Origin: Promethearchaeota archaeon
GTDB taxonomy: Archaea > Asgardarchaeota > Lokiarchaeia > Sigyniarchaeales > SOKP01
Assembly: GCA_048941015.1 (NCBI GenBank)
Contig: JBHLNZ010000022.1
Span: 1,874 to 47,349, forward strand
Length of the DNA stretch: 45,476 nt
Direction of reading: 5' to 3'
A program made the position numbers and the translations under genes. Positions 8,329-17,834 of this stretch are shown here, piece after piece (the stretch's first letter is position 1; each line of letters opens with the position of its first letter). The notes under the pieces were generated by a model that was not told where the DNA came from, did not search any database, and was given only the letters and a program-made list of their open reading frames with translations.

Positions 8329-10389
8329 ATGAAAATTTTGTTAATTCATTCAGATGGTGTAGAAGTTATAAAAAATAAAGAGGCTACTAGTAATCCTCAG
8401 GAATTCGAAGAAGAAGTTATTAAAATGGATGGATTAATTTTAATCGCATATGTTTCTGTAGAAGACCAGGATACATATGATACCGATTTAATAGCTAAAC
8501 AAGGTGCACAAGTAATAGAAGATGCAATAATACAAATTACGAGTTTTCCAGAAAAAATAAGAGAAAAAAATGAGGAAATTAGAGAACATAATGATCAAAT
8601 AGAGAAAGGGAAAATAAAAGGAAAACCACGAAAACTTGCTCATTTAGTAAAAGAAAGAGAATTATATCATGTAGATAAAGTTCTTGTTTACCCTTGGGCA
8701 CATTTAAGTAAATTTTTAAGTAATGATCCTGCAGCAATGGAAGTTTGTCCAAAAATCGCAAATAATTTAAGAGAAAAAGGAATAGAAGCGAGATTTTCTC
8801 CATTTGGATGGTATAAGTCTTTTAAAATCAACTGTATTGGACATGAAGTAGCGGAGATGTATCGGGATATTAAGTTAGCTATACAACCAGAAGAAATAAT
8901 AATGAATTCAAAATTTAAATTAATTACTCCAACAGGAAAAGAGTTGGACTTAAATTTTGATGATGAAAAGAATTTAATCCCTTTGAAAGATGTAAAAGAT
9001 CAAGAATACTATTCATTTCTTAATTCAGAATTAGGTTCAAGGAGAGTGGATAAAGCCTTTGAACCTGCACATATAAAAGTAATGAAAGAATTTGAATTAG
9101 TTGATTTTGATCCTAATACGGATGCTGGTAATCTAAGGTGGTATACTAAAGGAGTGATAATGAAAAATTTAATTAAAAATTTTATTGAAGAAAGAATAAT
9201 TGATTATGGCGCTATATTAATTGACACTCCAATAATGTATTCTGTCAAGAAAAAAAAATTAACTGCTCAAACTGCTCGCTTTCCAGCTAGAAGTTATTGG
9301 CTTGAATCGGGAAACGATAGGTATCTTTTAAGGTATGCTTCAGACTTCCTTTTATTTGATCTATTTAGTTCAATGAATTTAAGACCTCAATATTTCCCAT
9401 TAAGAGTGTATGAGTGGGAACAATATGATTTTAGGAGAGAACAAGAGGGAGAATTGTCGGGCTTACGTAGATTACGGGGATTTATAATGCCAGATATGCA
9501 TACTTTATGTGAAAACATGGAATCTGCAGCAGATGAATTCAAAAAACAATATTTTTTAATTAAAAATCTATTGGAAGAGCTTGGAATAAAATCTTATGTA
9601 ATCTTCAGAGCAACAGAAGAATTTTATAGAGATAATAAAGATTGGATAATAGATTTAATAAAAACAGAAAATCTTCCAGCACTTTTGGAGTTATGGGAAG
9701 ATAGATATTACTATTATATATTAAAATTTGAAAGAAATGTGCTTTCTGCTGAAAGTAAAAGCGCTACATTATCTACTAACCAAATAGATGTAGAAAGTTC
9801 ACTAGAATATATGGTAGATAATAATGGAAAAAAGCGTGAAAAATATAATATCCATTTTACAAATGTAAATGGAGAAGAAAAATATCCGATCATTCTTCAT
9901 AATTCACCTACAGGAGGTTTAGAAAGGGTTTTATGGGGTCTAATTGAAATCGCAATAAGAGAGAAAGATAAACTAGTCCCGGGATTCAAAACCTGGTTAT
10001 CACCAATTCAAATTAGAATTATCACTGTAAGCGATGATCAGAATGCTTATGCTGAAAAAATTTTAGAGATAATTAATAAGGAAGGATTTCGGTGTGATTT
10101 TGACGATCGGGAAGAAACTGTCGGGAAAAAGATAAGACAAGCAGAGGTAGAATGGATTCCCTATACTCTTGTTATAGGAAAGAGAGAGCAAGAAAAGCAA
10201 TCAGTATCGATAAGGAAAAGATTAATTGGTAAACCATTTGGTCCGAAAAAAAGCACCTCTGAACAAATAAATAATGTTAAAATAAGTAAATTACTTGAAT
10301 TATTGCAAGAAGAGACAAGAAGTTTCCCTAAACATAAATTACCAGTTCCCTTTAGAAGATTTTCAACAAAAGTTTCCTTTAGACAATAA
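8329..10389 (+). CDS. thrS: Threonine--tRNA ligase, archaeal type with N-terminal editing domain
   Basis: MKILLIHSD, YPWAHLS, PFGWYKSFKINCIGH, FRREQEGEL, PDMHT and GKKIRQAEVEWIPY. Confidence 0.96.
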   Translation: MKILLIHSDGVEVIKNKEATSNPQEFEEEVIKMDGLILIAYVSVEDQDTYDTDLIAKQGAQVIEDAIIQITSFPEKIREKNEEIREHNDQIEKGKIKGKPRKLAHLVKERELYHVDKVLVYPWAHLSKFLSNDPAAMEVCPKIANNLREKGIEARFSPFGWYKSFKINCIGHEVAEMYRDIKLAIQPEEIIMNSKFKLITPTGKELDLNFDDEKNLIPLKDVKDQEYYSFLNSELGSRRVDKAFEPAHIKVMKEFELVDFDPNTDAGNLRWYTKGVIMKNLIKNFIEERIIDYGAILIDTPIMYSVKKKKLTAQTARFPARSYWLESGNDRYLLRYASDFLLFDLFSSMNLRPQYFPLRVYEWEQYDFRREQEGELSGLRRLRGFIMPDMHTLCENMESAADEFKKQYFLIKNLLEELGIKSYVIFRATEEFYRDNKDWIIDLIKTENLPALLELWEDRYYYYILKFERNVLSAESKSATLSTNQIDVESSLEYMVDNNGKKREKYNIHFTNVNGEEKYPIILHNSPTGGLERVLWGLIEIAIREKDKLVPGFKTWLSPIQIRIITVSDDQNAYAEKILEIINKEGFRCDFDDREETVGKKIRQAEVEWIPYTLVIGKREQEKQSVSIRKRLIGKPFGPKKSTSEQINNVKISKLLELLQEETRSFPKHKLPVPFRRFSTKVSFRQ

Positions 10390-10404
10390 CAAAGGTCTTT
10401 AAAT

Positions 10405-11028
10405 ATGAAAATAAAATGTGTAATTTTTGATTTAGGTGATGTTATCATTGATTTAGATTTTAGTAGGTTTTTTAATGAAGTAATAACCGAATCGCCTTTA
10501 AATAAGCCACAAACCCCAATAATGTTAGAATTTTTCCGACAATCAGATACTTATCATCAAGGGAAAATTACAGATCAAGAGTTTTATCAACAAGCATGTG
10601 AAATACTTCAAGTTTGTATGTTAAACCAGTCGCAATTTTTTGACGCTTTTAATAGTATTATTGCAGATTTGAATTTAGAAATGGTTGAATTAATCAGAAA
10701 CATTCGACAATTCAATAAATTAAAGCTAATGTGTATGTCAAACATAAATTCAAGTCATTGGAATTATTTGAAAAAGCAACAATGGGATATTTGGGAACTT
10801 TTTGATGAATTTATTTTATCCCATGAAATTCAAATAACTAAGCCAGACCCCAAAATATATAAATACGCAATTAAAAAAGCAGGATGTAAACCCAAAGAAA
10901 TTCTTTTTATAGATGATGGCAGAAATAATGTACGTGCCGCAAATGAATTAGGGATAAATGCTATAAGATATACAGATTTACAAAATTTAACTGAAGAATT
11001 AAAAAATTATAAAATCAGATTAGAATAA
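10405..11028 (+). CDS. HAD-superfamily hydrolase
   Basis: IFDLGDV, SN, KPDPKIY and FIDD motifs. Confidence 0.9.
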   Translation: MKIKCVIFDLGDVIIDLDFSRFFNEVITESPLNKPQTPIMLEFFRQSDTYHQGKITDQEFYQQACEILQVCMLNQSQFFDAFNSIIADLNLEMVELIRNIRQFNKLKLMCMSNINSSHWNYLKKQQWDIWELFDEFILSHEIQITKPDPKIYKYAIKKAGCKPKEILFIDDGRNNVRAANELGINAIRYTDLQNLTEELKNYKIRLE

Positions 11029-11050
11029 AAAATACCTTCGAGCTTAACTT

Positions 11051-11572
11051 TTACTCTCTAGAACTTTCTAAACAAGCTTGAGCTATTTTTTCAAAAGCAA
11101 CTTCGACATTTTCACCCGTTTTTGCCGATGTTTCTAAATACTCGCAATTTAATCTTTTCGCTAAATCATCAGCTTCGTCTTTTTCAACCTGACGTTCTAA
11201 ATCAATTTTATTTCCAAGAATGATCATTGGAATCGATTTTTTAACAGATTTTTTTATACTACTTACCCATCCAGGTAATTTTAACAATGATTGGGGACTT
11301 GTGACATCAAATACCCCTAAAGCACCATTGCTTCCTTTAAAGTAGATGGTACGTAGTTTTTGAAAAGCTTCTTGACCCCCAATATCCCAAAGTAGTAATC
11401 TAATGTATTTATTTTCAATTTCAACATCTTTAATTAAAAAGTTTGAACCAATTGTTTGTTTCAAATCAGGATTGAAATAATCCTTAATATATCTAATTAA
11501 TAATGAAGTTTTTCCTACTCCCCCCGCACCAAAGAGAGTAATCTTGAATTTATAAGATTCCTTTTGAGAAAT
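11051..11572 (-). CDS. Rab/Ras-like small GTPase; extended to a probable ATT start
   Basis: The upstream in-frame region encodes FKITLFGAGGVGKTS (G1); WDIGGQ (G3), GNKID (G4) and ETSAK (G5) follow. No C-terminal Cys prenylation motif. Confidence 0.93.
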   Translation of the reverse strand: MSQKESYKFKITLFGAGGVGKTSLLIRYIKDYFNPDLKQTIGSNFLIKDVEIENKYIRLLLWDIGGQEAFQKLRTIYFKGSNGALGVFDVTSPQSLLKLPGWVSSIKKSVKKSIPMIILGNKIDLERQVEKDEADDLAKRLNCEYLETSAKTGENVEVAFEKIAQACLESSRE

Positions 11573-11745
11573 TAATAAAACCTCTTAAAATTTATTTTAA
11601 TTTGATTATGAAACTCTCGTTTTATATATTGAATATTATCTTACAGATATTTATATCTTTAGAATTGAAATAAATTATAAAGTAGTAATTTAAGTTGTTA
11701 TTGAATTTTTTATCTTCTCTAAAAAATTATAAGATTTTTGTATTT

Positions 11746-13098
11746 TTATTGACCATCTTTCTCTTTATGTTCTGTTTTAACTTTGTGAATTGACTCCTTT
11801 ATTTCTGTTTCGATGATATGTATCTCTTTTTTTACTGTTTTTCCTGTTTTATGCCCGATACGTCCTATTTGTACTATTATCCATTCTGGAGAACCTACAC
11901 CATTAAAAAATTCATTCCAGATATACATCAGAAAGCCCATAAACCCTGTATAACCTAAAAAGATTAATACAAGAAATATGATATTTAATTGGTTTAAATA
12001 TAGTGTAATAAAAGCATAGTGGACCAAAAACAAGCTTAATGAAACTTTTCCATAATAGATTAACATTGAGTAGAAATTATTCATTTTTTCTTTAATATCT
12101 AGATAATAAAAACTTACAGCTATAATTGTTAATGAAGCTCCTAAATTATACCACATGTTAGATGCCCTACCTCTTATTAAAAAATCGGGCATACCCGGGA
12201 ATCTGAAAGATGTAAAATTCTGAGAATTTGCTATTCTCAATAAATCCAAGTGAGGGTAATTTTCAAGAGACAATGTGTCAGGGGTTTGTAACTTAAATCC
12301 AAGTAAAATACCAAATCCTAAAAAAATAAGACCCCATATCAAAAAAATTCGGAATAGTACTCTATAATCTTGTTTTGTACCCGCAATCATAGCATCATAT
12401 AAATATTCTCCAAAAATAGTAGAAATAAAGCAGATCGATAACCAAGGGATAAGTGGCGTCATAGGTATCGGAGAAATAAGGATATAATGAAGGAAGGTTA
12501 AAATTGGATTTCCAGCATCTTTTCCATCAGCGAGATTAGTTGTTATATATTCTGATGAAAAAATAATAAGCATACCTATAATAATTCGAGCCATTTTATT
12601 TAGCTTGAGAGCATAAAATGAGAATATCTGCGAAAAACCAAGAAAAACGAGAATACTCCAGCCCCAAAATCTAAGATATAGTGGATAACCTCGAATTGTA
12701 AATTCAAATGAGAAAAGATTGAAGATTATTCCAATGATGATTATTACAAGTCCTCGAGTAATTATTCCATTTCTTATGACTTTATCTGGTAATTTGCCTT
12801 GTTTTCTCTTAACGCTAAAGATGACGCTGAGAGCAGACATAAATACAAATAATGAAGGCCCAAGAATGTCAAGCAATGAATATACTATTCCATAAATGTA
12901 AATCCATTCAGAATCAATCCAAGCTCCTGCAATGTGAGCTAGTATAATAAATATGATAGCCAATCCTTTTACGGCATCTATACTTTTAATACGCTTTGGG
13001 GATTCAATATCTCTTAATTCGTCAACTGGAATTTCCATTTTTAAGTAATGAAGTAGATCAATTGAATCCATATCAGCTTGCTCATCTTCAGATGACAT
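11746..13098 (-). CDS. Multi-pass membrane protein, HGSNAT/DUF1624 acyltransferase-like
   Basis: RIKSIDAVKGLAIIFIILAH, PLIPW and GKVSLSLFLVH. Confidence 0.75.
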   Translation of the reverse strand: MSSEDEQADMDSIDLLHYLKMEIPVDELRDIESPKRIKSIDAVKGLAIIFIILAHIAGAWIDSEWIYIYGIVYSLLDILGPSLFVFMSALSVIFSVKRKQGKLPDKVIRNGIITRGLVIIIIGIIFNLFSFEFTIRGYPLYLRFWGWSILVFLGFSQIFSFYALKLNKMARIIIGMLIIFSSEYITTNLADGKDAGNPILTFLHYILISPIPMTPLIPWLSICFISTIFGEYLYDAMIAGTKQDYRVLFRIFLIWGLIFLGFGILLGFKLQTPDTLSLENYPHLDLLRIANSQNFTSFRFPGMPDFLIRGRASNMWYNLGASLTIIAVSFYYLDIKEKMNNFYSMLIYYGKVSLSLFLVHYAFITLYLNQLNIIFLVLIFLGYTGFMGFLMYIWNEFFNGVGSPEWIIVQIGRIGHKTGKTVKKEIHIIETEIKESIHKVKTEHKEKDGQ

Positions 13099-13224
13099 AA
13101 ATCCAAACCATGTATATGAATATTAAATATAATGATTGTTTTTTTGGAAATAAATTAATATTAATATTTTTTTTTATAGTATTTGAATGTTTATATATTA
13201 AAAATGTCTAAGTAAATTGAAATT

Positions 13225-13629
13225 ATGATGAATGTTAAGAAATATTTAGATTTTAGATTATTAGGTTTATTGGGTTCGATATCTTTGATAATCTCGGAAT
13301 TTTTATCTTGGTATTCAGAATTATCACTTTTTAGTATCTATGTTCTCTCAACCTCATTATCATTGGGAGATTCTTTTTTATATTTATTTCCATTAATATG
13401 TGGAATTATTTGCTTATTTGGAACATTATTGTTAATCTATAAGTTCGATTATAAGATAAATTCGGTAATTATTAATTTTATTGGTTTAGGATTCTTTCTT
13501 ATATTCATCTCAAATATCATCGTTAAAGATATCATTTATATTTCAACAATTCGAATAGGTTTTTATTTTGCCGTAATAGGAGCAATATTAGTTTTTCTTG
13601 ATATTTTGAACATTCTCTTATCTAAATAA
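13225..13629 (+). CDS. Small membrane protein (about 4 TM)
   Basis: Four hydrophobic stretches. Confidence 0.7.
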   Translation: MMNVKKYLDFRLLGLLGSISLIISEFLSWYSELSLFSIYVLSTSLSLGDSFLYLFPLICGIICLFGTLLLIYKFDYKINSVIINFIGLGFFLIFISNIIVKDIIYISTIRIGFYFAVIGAILVFLDILNILLSK

Positions 13630-13652
13630 TAAACTTTGAGAGGGATTTAAAA

Positions 13653-14537
13653 ATTAGTAAAAGAGAAGATCAATCAGAAAAAAAAGAGAATCAAGATATT
13701 GAAGCAAATTTTTATTATGCATTAGGGCATGAGTTGAGAAGGAAAATCATAAAAATGATTGGAGATAATGAATTTTCTTCATTCACGACTCTAAAAAAGG
13801 AGTTAAGAGTAAGTACTGGTACAATTTATCACCATTTAGATTCTTTATCGCAATTGATCGAACAGCGTGAAGATAAAAAATATTATCTTACTGATTTGGG
13901 AATTCATGCCTATAATTCTTTGAAAAACAATATTGAAACAATTATTTCGCCTAATTTCTCAAGTAGGGAATTTAATTCGCCTATAATTAAGGGGTTAATG
14001 TTTTTAACACCAAATAAATTTTTTAATTATACTGATAATATGAAATTTTACACTCTTTTAGCTTCCTTTATAATCCTTATAGTTGGTGCTATATTATGTG
14101 GACTTAATAATCTAATTCCAATATTTTTATTTTTCGGAGAATCATTCTTAAATTCAGGATTAGAGGCTTTTACTTTTATGGGCATTTTATATGTCATAAA
14201 TTTTTTTGTATATGCTTTAATAATTGAAGCAATTTGCAGAATATTCTATAAACGAAAAGAGAATTCGAACAAATTGTTTTTTTCCTTTGGGATTATCTTT
14301 TTTCCAATGATTTTTTATCTTATTATTCATCTAATTTTAGTTTTAACGGATATCATTGTATTTCCAATTGTAGAAGTTATAGATAATATTTTAATAATTT
14401 TATTACAAGTTTGGTCTTTATGGTTATTAGCATACAATTTAATTGTAAATAAAAATTTAAAAATTGAAAATGCTCTGATTATTTCCTTCTTATTACATTA
14501 TGGAGGTTTTTCGATTATTTTATTACTCTCCATTTAA
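13653..14537 (+). CDS. ArsR-like winged-helix plus multi-TM protein; probable ATT start
   Basis: Extension gives FYYALGHELRRKII (ArsR helix 1), then STGTIYHHLDSL and YYLTDLG, then about five TM segments. Confidence 0.78.
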   Translation: MSKREDQSEKKENQDIEANFYYALGHELRRKIIKMIGDNEFSSFTTLKKELRVSTGTIYHHLDSLSQLIEQREDKKYYLTDLGIHAYNSLKNNIETIISPNFSSREFNSPIIKGLMFLTPNKFFNYTDNMKFYTLLASFIILIVGAILCGLNNLIPIFLFFGESFLNSGLEAFTFMGILYVINFFVYALIIEAICRIFYKRKENSNKLFFSFGIIFFPMIFYLIIHLILVLTDIIVFPIVEVIDNILIILLQVWSLWLLAYNLIVNKNLKIENALIISFLLHYGGFSIILLLSI

Positions 14538-15839
14538 TACTCTAAATCCTTGATTTTTTAAGAAAACAAAAATTTGTTTTATTCTTGAGTTTGAAGATTC
14601 CTGATCTTTTGTTTTTGTAGCTATAAAACAAGAAAATTTTTGATTTTTTAGATCAGGTGAACTACTGAAAGAAATTGGTGGAGTTATTAATTCTGGGATA
14701 TTTCTCATTAGATTTGTTATTATATTGTTAGTATTTTTTGCATAATCCTTATCATCAGTTCGTTCTAATTCTAAGCGGCAGAACTTTGAAAAGTAATGAG
14801 GTTCAAGATCATAATGATCAAAGTCGTATTTATCTGGATTTAACATTAATTCAACAAGATTCGTCTTAATAACATTCCTGATCCCGATATATGAGGTTGT
14901 TAGTCTAGGATTTATTTCTATAAAATAATCGAGATGCTGCTTATCCTTTATGAAATCAATGCCAAGAAAACTATTAAATTTAGTTAAATCTAATTTCTTT
15001 AAATTTGCTTGAATTTGGGCCTTAATTGAATAAAAATTTTCTACTGGCGTATAACCTCCAAAGTATTGTGAGTCAAAATTAGTCTCTTTAATGTTAATAA
15101 ATTGAGAGTTAACACTTAGAATTAATGGATTTGAATCTCTATAAATAAGGAGTGAAATGCTTAAATCATCTCCACTAATAAACTCTTGAAGGATAAACTT
15201 TCTGGATAAATCAAATTTGTCTTCATAGCTATGAAAGAAATTCTCGATTTGCCTTCTGCTTTCAAAATAGTATATCGATTCCGCTCCTACGCCATCATCG
15301 GGTTTAATAATTATTGGTTTATTAATTTCATTTAATTTTTGTAATATAAAGTTTAAATTTAAATGACTTTCTTTATACGGAATAGAATAGGTTGTTGGAG
15401 TCAATACTGAATACGTTTTAAAATAATTATAAGTTAATAATTTTGAAGATGCTAACTGAATCCCTTCTAGTTTAACACTTAATATTACCTTATTCATCAT
15501 GATTGCTATTTTTGTTAAATTGTAAAGAATATTTGAGAATTCAGGAGCGATAATGAAACAGTATTTGCACTGCTTCATGTTTTCCTTAAATTTTGAAATA
15601 AAATTATCATCAGGATTTACAACATCTATAAAATCAGCATTAAGATATTTGGTGAAAGAAGTAATTCTGTGATCTAATAAAGTGGAGATTTCATAATCGA
15701 TTCTTTTAAAATCAGATATCAATGATCTTAACATTGCAAATCCTTCACAGAATAAGGAAGAAGGGAGTTCGATGTTATTAAAACCTCCCCCAGAAACATA
15801 TTCAAAAATGAAAATTTTATTTTGATTCATTTTTTTCAA
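14523..15839 (-). CDS. ATP-grasp ligase, tyramine--L-glutamate ligase (MfnD)-like
   Basis: FEYVSGGG...EGFAML, IIAPE, KPDDGVGA, QEFISG and EINPRLTTSYIG. Confidence 0.78.
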   Translation of the reverse strand: MKKMNQNKIFIFEYVSGGGFNNIELPSSLFCEGFAMLRSLISDFKRIDYEISTLLDHRITSFTKYLNADFIDVVNPDDNFISKFKENMKQCKYCFIIAPEFSNILYNLTKIAIMMNKVILSVKLEGIQLASSKLLTYNYFKTYSVLTPTTYSIPYKESHLNLNFILQKLNEINKPIIIKPDDGVGAESIYYFESRRQIENFFHSYEDKFDLSRKFILQEFISGDDLSISLLIYRDSNPLILSVNSQFINIKETNFDSQYFGGYTPVENFYSIKAQIQANLKKLDLTKFNSFLGIDFIKDKQHLDYFIEINPRLTTSYIGIRNVIKTNLVELMLNPDKYDFDHYDLEPHYFSKFCRLELERTDDKDYAKNTNNIITNLMRNIPELITPPISFSSSPDLKNQKFSCFIATKTKDQESSNSRIKQIFVFLKNQGFRVLNGE

Positions 15840-15962
15840 AGTTTATTTTATCAGATCGTAATAAATTCGATTAAAATTAAAATATTTTTATAGATTAGTT
15901 TTAAAATGATGAATAAATATTTTAATTAACATTCATTTAACAAAAAACCGTATTATTAGATT

Positions 15963-17204
15963 ATGTCTCCTTTTTTCCAAGAAGAATTAATGCAGCGTAT
16001 ACGCTACCTGCATTTTAAGATAAAAAAGTTAGAAGAAGCATTAGAAAAATCAGAAGAAAATTTTACTTTAGATGATCTTAATTTAATTTTAGAATATACT
16101 AGAATTTTAAATCTAAATTATGAAAACGAAAGTCATTTAAAAATTCTTAAAGAATTAGATATCACACCAAACTTTCAAGATCCTTTAGAAAATAATAAAG
16201 AGATAATAATTAAAGACTTAATGTTTGAATGTGCTCGAGTATTATGGATAATGGCTAGAGCGTATGGTCAAATCTCTGAAAAATTTGAAGAAGATGATGA
16301 TTGGGAAAATTCCATTATAGCAATGGTAGAATCAAGCAAGATGTACAAAACCGCTGCTTATTTTAGTGCTGCATCTATATATCAGGATGATATTGGGACT
16401 TCATTAAATTCAGAAAATCTTGAACTAAACTCAGAAGAATCTCGTGTTTTCGCTCAGAGTATAGCTGCATTAAAAGAGGAAAATCATAACAATATGTATT
16501 TTTCATCTAAACTGTATTCTGGGCTAAGTGTATTATCTAAAAGGCTTTTTTATTTAAAGAAGCATGAAGAAAAGAAAAAACAACAACTTAGAGCGCAATT
16601 TCATTTCGATATGGGTAAATCATGTCAACTTAAAGCACAAGCATCTTTAGAATCATCCATTACAACAGTAAATCAAGAAAAAGTTAAAAAGCTCAAGCAA
16701 AAAGCTAATTTCTATTATGAAAAAGCACAAGAAATCTGGAAAGAAATGTTAGAAGATTTAACTAACATATCAAGTGAAGAAAGAGAAAATATAGAATTAA
16801 ATTTATCAGTTGTAAGAGATTTATTGAATGATAACAAAATTGAATCATTAGAATATGAAGAAGTCAAAAAAATTCAAGATCCAGAACCAATTATTGTTAT
16901 TCCTGAGAATTTAGCTCCTTTTGTACCTAAAACGACAATTTATTTAACTAAATTCGTACCTAAAGATCTAAATATTAAAAGATTTAAATCGTTTCAAAAG
17001 AAGAAGATAGAACAAAAAATACCGTATAGTAAAAAGGAGAAATTAATTGATAAAAGAGCTGCGGTAGTAAGAACTCTAAATGAACTAAAGGCATTAAGAG
17101 AGAGTAACGAAATCGAAATAGAGAAATTTGCTGAATTAACTGAGAAATATTCAACAAAACTAAAAATGATTGATACTGCAATGGAAAAATTGGCTAAGCA
17201 ATAA
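15963..17204 (+). CDS. Alpha-helical protein, candidate BRO1 (ALIX-like) domain
   Basis: By-eye similarity to BRO1 blocks (see findings); the ORF itself is solid at 413 aa. Confidence 0.55.
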   Translation: MSPFFQEELMQRIRYLHFKIKKLEEALEKSEENFTLDDLNLILEYTRILNLNYENESHLKILKELDITPNFQDPLENNKEIIIKDLMFECARVLWIMARAYGQISEKFEEDDDWENSIIAMVESSKMYKTAAYFSAASIYQDDIGTSLNSENLELNSEESRVFAQSIAALKEENHNNMYFSSKLYSGLSVLSKRLFYLKKHEEKKKQQLRAQFHFDMGKSCQLKAQASLESSITTVNQEKVKKLKQKANFYYEKAQEIWKEMLEDLTNISSEERENIELNLSVVRDLLNDNKIESLEYEEVKKIQDPEPIIVIPENLAPFVPKTTIYLTKFVPKDLNIKRFKSFQKKKIEQKIPYSKKEKLIDKRAAVVRTLNELKALRESNEIEIEKFAELTEKYSTKLKMIDTAMEKLAKQ

Positions 17205-17238
17205 GTAATAATTTTATAAAAGATAGCCAAGATTTTCT

Positions 17239-17712
17239 TTAATTATTAAAATATAGCTTACGATTCTTATCTAGCTCTAATTTTCTTTCAGCTTCTTCTT
17301 TAAAAATAAGGTCATAAATTTCTTTAAAAATTAGCCCGATTATTAATAATTCTATAAAAAGGATAAGGTATACCATTATTAATTGTAAACTATGTAATCC
17401 CATAGTTAATAGAATGAATAAAGTAAATAAATGGGGTAAATAAAGTATCGTAATAATACCAATCCTTCTGCCAAATTTAATTATATATTTCTCTTCCAAT
17501 CTAAAAATCTTTTGTAACCTAAATCCTTCTAAAAGAAAGTAGAAACAAAAAATAATATTAACAAAATTGATTACTAATATAAAATCCCTTTCAGATGGTT
17601 CTAAGGCAATATATGGTTTCAAAATTATGGACCCCATTATAAAAGTAAGGGAAAATATAAATAGAAGTGATGCTAGGGAGATTAAACCATCATGAAAGTC
17701 TTTATAATCCAT
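17239..17712 (-). CDS. Membrane protein (about 4 TM)
   Basis: Hydrophobic segments; ATG start. Confidence 0.7.
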   Translation of the reverse strand: MDYKDFHDGLISLASLLFIFSLTFIMGSIILKPYIALEPSERDFILVINFVNIIFCFYFLLEGFRLQKIFRLEEKYIIKFGRRIGIITILYLPHLFTLFILLTMGLHSLQLIMVYLILFIELLIIGLIFKEIYDLIFKEEAERKLELDKNRKLYFNN

Positions 17713-17834
17713 TTATAATATATTTTTTTTTTAAATTTTTTTCTTTAAAAGATAAAACCGATGAATATTGAAATTTTTTTATATATTAAAATTTAAGATA
17801 TATTAATAATAGAAATTTAAAAGGGGATATAAAT

